From an uncultured Candidatus Entotheonella sp. (GTDB lineage: Bacteria > Tectomicrobia > Entotheonellia > Entotheonellales > Entotheonellaceae), in NCBI GenBank assembly GCA_965217185.1, contig OZ244252.1, forward strand, positions 2,816,001-2,880,000: 64,000 nt of DNA, read 5' to 3'. Made by a program: the position numbers and the translations under genes. Below, one piece after another: positions 21,880 to 31,785 of the stretch. The first letter of the stretch is position 1. Each line of letters begins with the position of its first letter. The notes under the pieces were generated by a model. It saw only the letters and a list, made by a program, of their open reading frames with translations. It ran no database searches and was not told the DNA's origin.

Positions 21880-22198
21880 AAGTCCTCCGGCGTTTCAGGA
21901 ATGCGAAGGATTGTATCACGAAGCGCGGGTATTTCGGCTTGGATGGTGCCCGGGCCGGGTGGCGGCGGCGGCTGAATCGGCGATGGCGCTTTGCGGCGTG
22001 GGGGGCCCGCTGTGGAAATGACGGATTACGCTGCGCTAATGCGATCTGTGTTCACGCCCCCGTGGAGGGGATCAGTGGTGCAAACCGCTAATCTTCTCCA
22101 CGAAGGGGATTTGCTCCCTCTCCCCTGGTGGGAGAGGGCCGGGGTGAGGGGGATAAGTGGAATGTTCGGATTACGCTTCGCTAGTCCGGCTAAGTCGG

Positions 22199-22678
22199 TC
22201 ACTCGGGCGGCGCCGCGTCGTCCGGCTCCGGCGCGGCCGGCAGGCCGGAGGCGATTTCAAGCCGGGAGATGCGTTGGCCGTTGTTCGAGATGAGGTCTCC
22301 CAGCCGTGCGATGTTTCTCTCCAGGGCGTCGAAGCGCCTGTCTAGCGCGTCGAGCCGGCTATTGATGTCGTCAAACCGGGCGTTGACGGCTTCGAGCTGG
22401 CTGTTGACGGTTTGGCTGAGAGAATCGAACCGGCCGTTGAGGGTCTCGAACCGGCCGTCGATAGCCACGAACCGGCCGTCGATGGCCTCGAACCGGCCGT
22501 CGATGGTCTCGAACCGGCCGTCAATTGATTCGAGCCGGCTCTCGATTGATTCGAAGCGGCTGTTGAACACATTGACAAAATCATTGAACCGGCTGTTCAT
22601 CGTGCTGATCAACAGCCCGCCCAAGGTGACGTTCAGCGCAATAACCGCGGCGATGACGGTAATGGTGTGGCCGATCAT
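22199..22678 (-). CDS. Distinct single-TM heptad-repeat protein (IDGRFEA repeats) inside the array
   Basis: MIGHTITVIAAVIALNVTLGGLLIST then 21-nt tandem repeats; GAGGGAGG RBS. Confidence 0.75.
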   Translation of the reverse strand: MIGHTITVIAAVIALNVTLGGLLISTMNSRFNDFVNVFNSRFESIESRLESIDGRFETIDGRFEAIDGRFVAIDGRFETLNGRFDSLSQTVNSQLEAVNARFDDINSRLDALDRRFDALERNIARLGDLISNNGQRISRLEIASGLPAAPEPDDAAPPE

Positions 22679-22904
22679 GATTTCCCTCCCCTCAACTCTT
22701 GGCGCCGCGTCGTCCGTCCGACACGTTACTATAGCCTGAAAACGGAAAGCGCCGCCGCTTTGGTGGAACGTTCGGACTACATTGAAGCGTGTGTGGGCTG
22801 ACAGCTTCACGTGGGTCGGATGACGCCTGCGGCTAACCCGGCCTACGTGTCCGACCCACAGATTCAGGGCGGGGCTGTGGGCCGATTCAGAGCCTGCCCC
22901 GGGC

Positions 22905-23393
22905 TCAATCCGGAGGGGAGGGTGCGTCGGCGGTGGTTTGCAACTGCTCGGTGAGGGTGTCGATGCGTGTTTCGCTGCGGGTGACGCGGTCGCTGAGCTT
23001 GCGGAACTCAGAGACATCTTTAATGAGGTCCTCGAGGCGTCTGTCTTGGGCGTCGAAGCGCTGGTTGATCGATCTGTTCTGGTCGGCGAAACGCTGGTTG
23101 ATCGCTTTGTTCTGGTCGTCGAAGCGCTGGTTCACGGCGTCGAAACGCTGGTTCACGGCGTCGAAACGCTGGTTCACGGCGTCGAAGCGCTGGTTCATCG
23201 ATCTGTCCTGATCGTTCAAGCGCTCGTTGATGTAGCTGATCTGGTCGTCGATGCGCTGGTTGACGGCGTTGAAGCCTTGGTGCATGGGCCTGACGACGCT
23301 GAATTGGATGATTCCGGCGAACCCGCCGAGGATGGCGATGGCCACCGTGATGGGACCTGCGTTGTCTTCGACCCAGTTCCATATGTTCCGCAT
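22905..23393 (-). CDS. Array paralog 4: 162 aa, modules 11-11-7-7-7-11-11
   Basis: Same termini; degenerate REP at about 22815-22850. Confidence 0.8.
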   Translation of the reverse strand: MRNIWNWVEDNAGPITVAIAILGGFAGIIQFSVVRPMHQGFNAVNQRIDDQISYINERLNDQDRSMNQRFDAVNQRFDAVNQRFDAVNQRFDDQNKAINQRFADQNRSINQRFDAQDRRLEDLIKDVSEFRKLSDRVTRSETRIDTLTEQLQTTADAPSPPD

Positions 23394-23654
23394 CGGTCCT
23401 CCAGCGTTTCAGGAATGCGAAGGATTGTATCACGAAGGGCGGGTATTTCGGCCTGGATGGTGCCCGGGGCGGGTGGCGGCGGCGACCAACTATCTCGCGC
23501 CGCTGCCTGGCAGGTGCTGAATCGGTTGAGGCGCATGACGTCTCTATGCGGAAGCGCCCCCTCTCCCCTGGTGGGAGAGGGTTGGGGTGAGGGGGAATGA
23601 GGAATGTCGGATTACGCCTGCGGCTAATCCGACCTACATTTCCGACCCGCAGAT

Positions 23655-24143
23655 TCAGGGCGAGGGTGCGTCGGCGGTCTGCTGCTCGGTGAGGGCGTCG
23701 ATGCGTGTTTCGCTGCGGGTGACGCGGTCGCTGAGTTTACGAAATTCAGAGACATCTTTAACGAGGTCCTCGATGCGTCTGTCTTGGGCGTCGAAGCGCT
23801 GGTCAACGGCGTCGAAACGCTGATTGATGTACTTGTTCTGGTCGTCGAAGCGCTGGTCAACGGCGTCGAAGCGCTGATTGATCGCTTTGTTCTGGTCGTC
23901 GAAGCGCTGGTTGATCGATCTGTTCTGGTCGTCGAAGCGCTGATTGATCGATTTGTTCTGGTCGTTCAAGCGCTGGTCGATGTACTTGTTCTGGTCGTCG
24001 ATGCGCTGGTTGACGGTGGCGAAGCCTTGGTGCATGGGTCTGACGACGCTGAATTGGATGATTCCGGCGAACCCGCCGAGGATGGCGATGGTCACCATGA
24101 CGGGACCTGCGTTGTCTTCGATCCAGTTCCATATGTTCCGCAT
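23655..24143 (-). CDS. Array paralog 5: 162 aa, modules 11-11-11-11-7-11-7
   Basis: Same termini; REP at 23604-23640. Confidence 0.8.
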   Translation of the reverse strand: MRNIWNWIEDNAGPVMVTIAILGGFAGIIQFSVVRPMHQGFATVNQRIDDQNKYIDQRLNDQNKSINQRFDDQNRSINQRFDDQNKAINQRFDAVDQRFDDQNKYINQRFDAVDQRFDAQDRRIEDLVKDVSEFRKLSDRVTRSETRIDALTEQQTADAPSP

Positions 24144-24301
24144 AAGTCCTCCGGCGTTTCAGGAATGCGAAGGATTGTATCACGAAGCGCGGGTATTTCG
24201 GCCTGGATGGTGCCCGGGGCGGGTGACGGCGGCGCGTTGCGGAGGTGGAAATGTCGGATTACGCCTGCGGCTAATCCGACCTACATTTCCGACCCGCAGA
24301 T

Positions 24302-24735
24302 TCAGGGCGAGGGTGCGTCGGCGGTCTGCTGCTCGGTGAGGGCGTCGATGCGTGTTTCGCTGCGGGTGACGCGGTCGCTGAGCTTGCGAAATTCAGAGAC
24401 ATCTTTAACGAGGTCCTCGAGGCGTCTGTCTTGGGCGTCGAAGCGCTGGTCCATGGCGTCGAAGCGTTGGTCGATGTACTTATCCTGGTCGTCGAAGCGC
24501 TGGTTGATCGCTTTGTTCTGGGCGTCGAAGCGCTGGTTCATCGATCTGTCCTGGTCGCTCAAGCGCTGTTGATGTACTTGATCTGGTCGTCGAAGCGCTG
24601 GTTGACGGCGTTGAAGCCTTGGTGCATGGGTCTGACGACGCCGAATTGGATGATGGCGGCGAACCCGCCGAGGACGGCGATGGTCACCATGACGGGACCT
24701 GCGTTGTCTTCGATCCAGTTCCATATGTTCCGCAT
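24302..24735 (-). pseudogene. Array paralog 6, 1-bp deletion near 24568 (restored 144 aa, modules 11-11-11-11-7)
   Basis: ATG at 24735; ATC AAC AGC GCT TGA in place of ATC AAC CAG CGC TTG; REP at 24251-24287. Confidence 0.8.
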
Positions 24736-24890
24736 AGGTCCTCCGGCGTTTCAGGAACAGGAATGCGAAGGATTGTATCACGAAGCGCGGGTATTTCGGC
24801 CTGGATGGTGCCCGGGCCGGGTGGCGGCGATGGCGAACAATTATCTCGCGTCGCTGGCTGGCAGGTGCGGAAGCGTCCCCCTCTCCCTAG

Positions 24891-26364
24891 TACTACAGTT
24901 GCGGTTTAGCTGTTATCATGGTCTTTTCCCTGAACGCAAAGCGAAGGAGAGCCATGATGTCAAGCCAGCCGTTCAACTCGCTCGCAACCGAGGCCGACCC
25001 CATGTCAAGCACGGGGCAGGCTATGACGACTGTCACGGGCTGGCAAGCCTGTCTCCATGAGGTGGCCCAGTGCCTGCGTCCCTCCTTTGGCCGTCGGGAA
25101 TCGTGGCAACGCGCCGTGGCCTATATCGAAGGACTGCTCAGCACCACAGAACGTAAAAACGCCTGGCAGTTGGCGGAAATCAACGGCGATGCTACGCCCT
25201 ATGGCATCCAGCACTTGCTCGGACGGGCTTCGTGGCAGGCCGACGACCTGCGAGACGCCCTGTGTGCCTACGTCGTGGCACACCTGGGCGACCCCGACGC
25301 GGTGCTGGTGGTCGATGAGACGGGATTCTTGAAAAAAGGCGACCGCTCCGCCGGGGTGGCCAGGCAGTACAGCGGCACGGCCGGCAAAGTCGAAAACTGT
25401 CAGATTGGCGTGTTTGTGGGCTACGCCAGTCGCCTGGGTCAGACCTTGCTGGACCGTGCCTTATACCTGCCCGCGTCGTGGACGGAGGATGCTGCGCGCT
25501 GCCAGCGGGCGGGCATTGCTCCAGAGGCAGAGTTTGCCACCAAACCTGAGTTAGCCCGGACGATGCTTGAGCGCGCCTTTGCTTCGGGGGTGCCTGCCTC
25601 GTGGGTGGTGGGCGACAGCGTTTACGGCGACGCGCGTCGCTTGCGTCTGTGGTTGGAAGGGCAGGCAAAGGCGTATGTGTTGGCGGTGTCTGGCAAGGAA
25701 CGTGTCTGGTTTGAGGGTCGTCCGTGTTCGGTGCAGTCGGTGCTTGCGGGGCTTGACGAGGGGGCTTGGCAGCGACTGAGTGCCGGTTCGGGGAGCAAGG
25801 GGCCGAGGTTCTATGACTGGCAGTGTGTGGGGTTGACGGCGGCGCAGGCGGGTTGGCGCCGCTGTTTGCTGGTGCGTCGCAGCCTGAAAGCGGACGGGAA
25901 GTTGACGGCCTATGCGGTGTATGCGCCGTGCGGCACGGACTTGGCGACGCTGGTGTCGGTGGCGGGTCGGCGTTGGTGTATTGAGATGTGTTTTGAGGCG
26001 GCCAAGGGTGAAGTGGGACTAGATGAGTATGAGGTTCGCAGTTGGACGGGGTGGTATCGTCACGTCACCTTGTCGATGTGGGCGTTGGCGTTGCTGAGTG
26101 CCGTGCGGGCCGCCCACTTGCAGGTGGTGGAAAAAAAACGCTCGTCGGTGAGCAGTCTGTTGGGCTTCAAAGCGTCGCGGGGCCTGGTGTCGTGTTGAGT
26201 GTGGCGGAGATACGGCGTTTGTTTTGGCGTTTAGTGCTGAGGGTGTGGCACGGCGTGGAGCAGGTGTTGGGATGGAGCAAATGGCGCCGTCGGCATCAAT
26301 GGGTAGCGCGATGGTGTCATTACCGACGGCGCCAGAATCGTAACGTGGAATTGCAACTGTAGTA
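24891..26364 (+). mobile_element. IS701-family insertion sequence, copy 1 (1474 bp)
   Basis: Terminal inverted repeats TACTACAGTTGC / GCAACTGTAGTA; CTAG duplication at 24887-24890 and 26365-26368. Confidence 0.95.
24918..26362 (+). CDS. IS701 DDE transposase; frame 0 ends at 26198, probable -1 frameshift extension to 26362
   Basis: VVDETGFLKKGDRSAGVARQYSGTAGKVENCQ, GDSVYG, RWCIEMCFEAAKGEVGLDEYEVRSW; A8 run at 26131-26138; start uncertain. Confidence 0.9.
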
Positions 26365-26605
26365 CTAGCCCTCCCCCCGCGCAGGGGGGAGGGCAAACCA
26401 AGCAAGGCCCACGTCGCTGCCCCATGTAGCCCTCCCCCCGCGCAGGGGGGAGGGGACCAATCAAAGCAGGACGAAGCGAACCTGGAAATGAGCCCTCCCC
26501 CGCGGAGGAGGAAACGGAAATGCAAACCCGCTTGTCTCATCCACGAAGGGGTTTTTCTCCCTCTCCCCTGGTGGGAGAGGGTTGGGGTGAGGGGGAATCA
26601 GGCTT

Positions 26606-27283
26606 TCAGGGCGCCGGATGGCTGATGGTGCGCCAATCGCGGGCGTCGAAGTAGGTAGCGAATTGGCCTTCAATGTGGGCCTGGTCGGCTGCCGTCTTGG
26701 GACGCCGCAACTCGTAGAGGTGCGGGAAGGCGGCCCAGCCGACGGTGAGGTCCCACAGGCGCATGGCGTCGTCGCCGGTGGGCGCCGGGGTGATGACGGG
26801 GCCGAACAGCGCGGTGCCGTCGTCGAACACCAGGGTGGGGACGCCGAAGCCGCCGCGCTGCACCACGGCGTCGTGGTCGGCGCGCACGTCGTCGTGGGTG
26901 GTGTCGTCGGCGATGGCGGCGTCGACGAGCTGCGGATCGAGGCCCATGTCGGCCAGCACCTGCCGGGCGCCGTCGGGCAGGTGGACTTTTTTGCCCTCCT
27001 CGTGCAGGGCGCGCCCGGCGGCGGCGTAAAAGTGGTCGAGCTCGCGTATGGAGCGGCGGCGCAGCAGGGCGCCGACGCGCAGCAGCGACCAGCCGTAGGA
27101 CCACGGGCGCTCCCAGGGATGCTTTTTGCCTTCGGGCCGGTTGATTTCCTCCAGGCTGAAGAACTTCCAGGCGATCTCAAGGCCGTTGCGCTCGCGCACG
27201 TCGCGAATCCATTTGGAGGTCTGGTAGGCCCAGGGGCACATGATGTCGAAGTAGAAATCCAGGCGCGTCGGGCGGGCGGACAT
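26606..27283 (-). CDS. DsbA-family / Rv2466c-like thioredoxin-fold oxidoreductase
   Basis: DFYFDIMCPWAY and GGFGVPTLVF...LFGPVI motifs. Confidence 0.8.
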   Translation of the reverse strand: MSARPTRLDFYFDIMCPWAYQTSKWIRDVRERNGLEIAWKFFSLEEINRPEGKKHPWERPWSYGWSLLRVGALLRRRSIRELDHFYAAAGRALHEEGKKVHLPDGARQVLADMGLDPQLVDAAIADDTTHDDVRADHDAVVQRGGFGVPTLVFDDGTALFGPVITPAPTGDDAMRLWDLTVGWAAFPHLYELRRPKTAADQAHIEGQFATYFDARDWRTISHPAP

Positions 27284-27563
27284 GGTAAGCTCCTTGATTG
27301 AATTTTGGGCGGCGGCCCCCCTCTCCCTAACCCTCCCCCACAAGGGGGGAGGGGACACCAAGCCAAGATAAAGGCAGGGCGGAAGTGACAACCCTCCCCG
27401 GCGAGGGGAGAAGGGACCGAAAAGCAACCTGCCACAGCGGGGTTTCTCTCCCTCACCCCGGCCCTCTCCCCTGGCGGGAGAGGGCCGGGGTGAGGGGGAA
27501 GGGAAACGCCAACTTGATCACCGGAACATTTTACCCCAAACGCAAAACACCAGAGGATATTCC

Positions 27564-28586
27564 ATGAAAATCGACACACAGATCGGCGGCGGCGTTTCCG
27601 GGAACGTTGCGGCGGACGCGCAGCGCCTGGAGCGCATGGGGTTCGACGGCGCCTGGACGTTCGAGGCCAAGCACGACCCGTTTCTGCCGCTGGCCCTGGC
27701 GGCGACCGCCACCGAGCGGCTGCAGTTGGGGACGAACATCACGGTGGCCTTCGGGCGCAGCCCGTTTTCGGTGGCGCAGACGGCGTGGGACCTGCAGCGC
27801 GGCAGCGGCGGGCGCTTCCACCTCGGGCTCGGCACCCAGGTGCGGGCGCACGTGGAGCGGCGCTATTCGATGCCGTTCGACCACCCGGCGGCGCGCCTCA
27901 CCGATTACGTGCGCTGCCTGCGCGCTATCTGGGACACCTTCCAGAACGATACGCGGCCGCGCTATGAGGGGCGGTTCTACCAGTTCAAGCTCATCAATCA
28001 ATTCTTCAACGCCGGGCCGATCGCGCACCCGGACATCCCGGTGTACGTGGCCGGCGTGAACCCGCGCATGTGCCGGGTGGCGGGCGAGGTGGCGGACGGC
28101 CTGCACGTGCACCCGATGCACTCGGTGGGCTACCTGCGCGACGTGGTGCGCCCGGCGCTGGCGGACGGGGCACGCCGCAGCGGCCGCGACGCCGCGGCGC
28201 TGGAGCTGTACGCACCGGTGATGGCGGTGACGGGCGACACGCAGGCGGAGATGGACGAGGCGGCGGCGAGGGCGCGGCAGCAGATCGCCTTCTACGGCTC
28301 GACGCCGAGCTACCGGGTGATGCTGGACTACCACGGCTGCGGCGCCCTCGGCGAGGAGTTGAACAAGCTGATGCGCCAGGGCGACTTCGACGAAATGGGC
28401 CGCCGGGTGCCGGACGAGCTGTTGGAGGCGGTGGCCGTCGTGGCGTCGCCCGGCGAGCTGGCCGCCAAGCTGCGGCAGCGCTACGAGGGCGTGCTGCACC
28501 GGCTGTCGATCTACGCGCCGGTGCCGGAAGGCGCGTCGGAGACCGAGTGGCAGCAGTTTATCGCCACCTTTCGCGCCGCGGCGTAG
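27564..28586 (+). CDS. LLM-class, probably F420-dependent, oxidoreductase
   Basis: EAKHDPFLPL, VAFGRSP, FHLGLGTQVRAHVERRY, IAFYGSTPSY. Confidence 0.88.
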   Translation: MKIDTQIGGGVSGNVAADAQRLERMGFDGAWTFEAKHDPFLPLALAATATERLQLGTNITVAFGRSPFSVAQTAWDLQRGSGGRFHLGLGTQVRAHVERRYSMPFDHPAARLTDYVRCLRAIWDTFQNDTRPRYEGRFYQFKLINQFFNAGPIAHPDIPVYVAGVNPRMCRVAGEVADGLHVHPMHSVGYLRDVVRPALADGARRSGRDAAALELYAPVMAVTGDTQAEMDEAAARARQQIAFYGSTPSYRVMLDYHGCGALGEELNKLMRQGDFDEMGRRVPDELLEAVAVVASPGELAAKLRQRYEGVLHRLSIYAPVPEGASETEWQQFIATFRAAA

Positions 28587-28735
28587 AGCGTTTCCGTCCC
28601 TCTCCATCACGCCCCCTTGAGGGGGAGTCGGCGAAACAAGGGCGCAGCCCGCCGGCGAGCCGGTGGGGGGACGTGTCGGCAGGCATCTGACGCGATGCGG
28701 AGTTTATGGCACGGGATGGATATCTGACGGCTTAG

Positions 28736-30209
28736 TACTACAGTTGCGGTTTAGCTGTTATCATGGTCTTTTCCCTGAACGCAAAGCGAAGGAGAGCCAT
28801 GATGTCAAGCCAGCCGTTCAACTCGCTCGCAACCGAGGCCGACCCCATGTCAAGCACGGGGCAGGCTATGACGACTGTCACGGGCTGGCAAGCCTGTCTC
28901 CATGAGGTGGCCCAGTGCCTGCGTCCCTCCTTTGGCCGTCGGGAATCGTGGCAACGCGCCGTGGCCTATATCGAAGGACTGCTCAGCACCACAGAACGTA
29001 AAAACGCCTGGCAGTTGGCGGAAATCAACGGCGATGCTACGCCCTATGGCATCCAGCACTTGCTCGGACGGGCTTCGTGGCAGGCCGACGACCTGCGAGA
29101 CGCCCTGTGTGCCTACGTCGTGGCACACCTGGGCGACCCCGACGCGGTGCTGGTGGTCGATGAGACGGGATTCTTGAAAAAAGGCGACCGCTCCGCCGGG
29201 GTGGCCAGGCAGTACAGCGGCACGGCCGGCAAAGTCGAAAACTGTCAGATTGGCGTGTTTGTGGGCTACGCCAGTCGCCTGGGTCAGACCTTGCTGGACC
29301 GTGCCTTATACCTGCCCGCGTCGTGGACGGAGGATGCTGCGCGCTGCCAGCGGGCGGGCATTGCTCCAGAGGCAGAGTTTGCCACCAAACCTGAGTTAGC
29401 CCGGACGATGCTTGAGCGCGCCTTTGCTTCGGGGGTGCCTGCCTCGTGGGTGGTGGGCGACAGCGTTTACGGCGACGCGCGTCGCTTGCGTCTGTGGTTG
29501 GAAGGGCAGGCAAAGGCGTATGTGTTGGCGGTGTCTGGCAAGGAACGTGTCTGGTTTGAGGGTCGTCCGTGTTCGGTGCAGTCGGTGCTTGCGGGGCTTG
29601 ACGAGGGGGCTTGGCAGCGACTGAGTGCCGGTTCGGGGAGCAAGGGGCCGAGGTTCTATGACTGGCAGTGTGTGGGGTTGACGGCGGCGCAGGCGGGTTG
29701 GCGCCGCTGTTTGCTGGTGCGTCGCAGCCTGAAAGCGGACGGGAAGTTGACGGCCTATGCGGTGTATGCGCCGTGCGGCACGGACTTGGCGACGCTGGTG
29801 TCGGTGGCGGGTCGGCGTTGGTGTATTGAGATGTGTTTTGAGGCGGCCAAGGGTGAAGTGGGACTAGATGAGTATGAGGTTCGCAGTTGGACGGGGTGGT
29901 ATCGTCACGTCACCTTGTCGATGTGGGCGTTGGCGTTGCTGAGTGCCGTGCGGGCCGCCCACTTGCAGGTGGTGGAAAAAAAACGCTCGTCGGTGAGCAG
30001 TCTGTTGGGCTTCAAAGCGTCGCGGGGCCTGGTGTCGTGTTGAGTGTGGCGGAGATACGGCGTTTGTTTTGGCGTTTAGTGCTGAGGGTGTGGCACGGCG
30101 TGGAGCAGGTGTTGGGATGGAGCAAATGGCGCCGTCGGCATCAATGGGTAGCGCGATGGTGTCATTACCGACGGCGCCAGAATCGTAACGTGGAATTGCA
30201 ACTGTAGTA
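28736..30209 (+). mobile_element. IS701-family insertion sequence, copy 2 (1474 bp); transposase 28763-30043, extended to 30207 by frameshift
   Basis: Same termini and identical translated ORFs as copy 1; TTAG duplication at 28732-28735 and 30210-30213. Confidence 0.95.
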
Positions 30210-30487
30210 TTAGAGCGGTTTGCGTTCGTTTGTCTGGTTTTCGCCAAGAGGGTGAGGCAGACATTCCTGTCTGCCTACGGAGGGTGGGACCACCCTCCGC
30301 GCGGGCTGAAAGCCCGCGCCACCCTGTGAAGCCCACGGCACCGCCGTATCACCGTCGGGGTTTGCCATATAGTCATACAGAAACTGCTTCATGTCCCCTC
30401 ACCCTTCCCCTCAAGGGGGAGGGAAATAGATTGATTTTCGGAAGCGACCTGCCAGGTCGGATTAGCGCAGCGCAAGGGCACTGGAGA

Positions 30488-31102
30488 ATGAGGATGCAGG
30501 CTGGTTGGATAAAGACAACGGGTTTCTTGGCGGCGACGTTGCTGCTCGGCGGTTTGGCCGCAGCGCAGAACCCCGACTGCCCGGCTGCGATCGGCATCCC
30601 GCGCCCGGCGGCGTGCCAGGACACGGTACTCATTTTCGTCACCCAGGCCGCCTTCCAGGGCAATTTCGGCGGCTTGGCCGGCGCCGACGTGCGGTGCCAG
30701 GAAGCAGCGCGCCGAGCCGGGCTGCCCGGTGTGTTCCGCGCCTGGCTGTCCACCGCCGCCGAGCCGGCCGGCGCCCGCGTCGCCCGCAAGGACGTGCCCT
30801 ACGTCATGCCGGGCGGCATCCGGGTGGCCGACAACTACGCCGACCTGACCGACGGCGACCTCGCCCACCCCATCGACCGCACGGAATACGGCGATGCCGT
30901 GCCGTCGCCGTTCCTGGCCCGCACCGCCACCACGCCCGACGGCCAGGCGTTGTCGCCCACTTGCGCCGACTGGACCTCACGCCGCCGCTACGACGGCGGC
31001 GGGTGGGGCGCGACGGATACGACGACCTCTGACTGGTCGCGCAGCGGCGTGTTTCCGGGAAGGTGCGATTATCTGGCGCACCTGTATTGCCTGGAGCAGT
31101 AG
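30488..31102 (+). CDS. Secreted DUF1554-like (endostatin-like) Cys-containing protein
   Basis: Signal peptide; IFVTQAAFQGNFGGLAGADVRCQ, FRAWLS, TCADWT, HLYCLEQ. Confidence 0.75.
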   Translation: MRMQAGWIKTTGFLAATLLLGGLAAAQNPDCPAAIGIPRPAACQDTVLIFVTQAAFQGNFGGLAGADVRCQEAARRAGLPGVFRAWLSTAAEPAGARVARKDVPYVMPGGIRVADNYADLTDGDLAHPIDRTEYGDAVPSPFLARTATTPDGQALSPTCADWTSRRRYDGGGWGATDTTTSDWSRSGVFPGRCDYLAHLYCLEQ

Positions 31103-31356
31103 GCACGTGGGGATGTCGGATTACGCTGCGTTAATCCGACCTACAACTGCTCTGACGACTTTATTGGTGTGAAAAGCCAGGAAATCTGCTGTCGAAAACG
31201 CAGAATACTTGTCGGAAAGGCAGTGAGAACAGGGTCTGACCTTCGTGTTGAAAGACAGGAGATCTGGCGGAGCAATCTGCTGAAATGCAGAGGAATTACG
31301 GTGAGATTGGCAACAGGGATCAGGTACGCGTAAGCCAAGGGAGGTGGAGAAAAAAC

Positions 31357-31482
31357 TTAGCGCTCGGCGGTTTCGGCTGTACTTCCGCCTTCGCGTTTCT
31401 TTGTCGTAACCGTGTTGTATACGAGGACGACAAGGGCGATGGTTGATATTGCAAACAATATGGTGACGATGACACTGAGCAT
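31357..31482 (-). CDS. 41-aa single-TM peptide (hypothetical)
   Basis: MLSVIVTILFAISTIALVVLVYNTVTTKKREGGSTAETAER*, starting a few nt after the upstream stop codon. Confidence 0.4.
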   Translation of the reverse strand: MLSVIVTILFAISTIALVVLVYNTVTTKKREGGSTAETAER

Positions 31483-31485
31483 CGA

Positions 31486-31785
31486 TTATACCTTTCCTGC
31501 AATGAGGTGGGCGCAGGCATAGAAATTAACCGCCGTATAAAAGGAAGCTACAAGGTCTCTTGGCTCTTGAATGGTTTCTGTTACAGAACCGATGACAGTT
31601 GCAATAAACAAGCCGCTTGCTATGGTGGCGAGTGTTCTCGATGCCAGTTCCTTTTGTGCCCGAGTTGTCACTTTGTTCACCAAGTGAAGGCAAATGCTGT
31701 TGTTTAGTATTGACTTCATATAGCCAAGCGTCAAGAGCTTTCGAGCCGTTTCGAGCCTTGTAGCTGTGTTGGTTAGCTGATCCAT
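31486..31785 (-). CDS. Hypothetical small membrane protein, low GC
   Basis: Hydrophobic TLATIASGLFIATVIGSV; AT-richer than its flanks. Confidence 0.4.
   Translation of the reverse strand: MDQLTNTATRLETARKLLTLGYMKSILNNSICLHLVNKVTTRAQKELASRTLATIASGLFIATVIGSVTETIQEPRDLVASFYTAVNFYACAHLIAGKV

Noticed and set aside
20613..21975. ORFs spanning several array units (20613-21536, 20851-21975)
   Set aside because: They run through REPs and upstream regions in alternative frames and lack an RBS; artefacts of the repetition.
20204..24890. CRISPR array, integron or diversity-generating retroelement
   Set aside because: The sequences between repeats are paralogous genes rather than unique spacers. No cas, integron integrase or reverse transcriptase gene is in the window, and variation is by module number, not adenine-specific substitution.
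24891..30209. Composite transposon that moved as a single unit
   Set aside because: Each IS has its own separate target duplication (CTAG versus TTAG).
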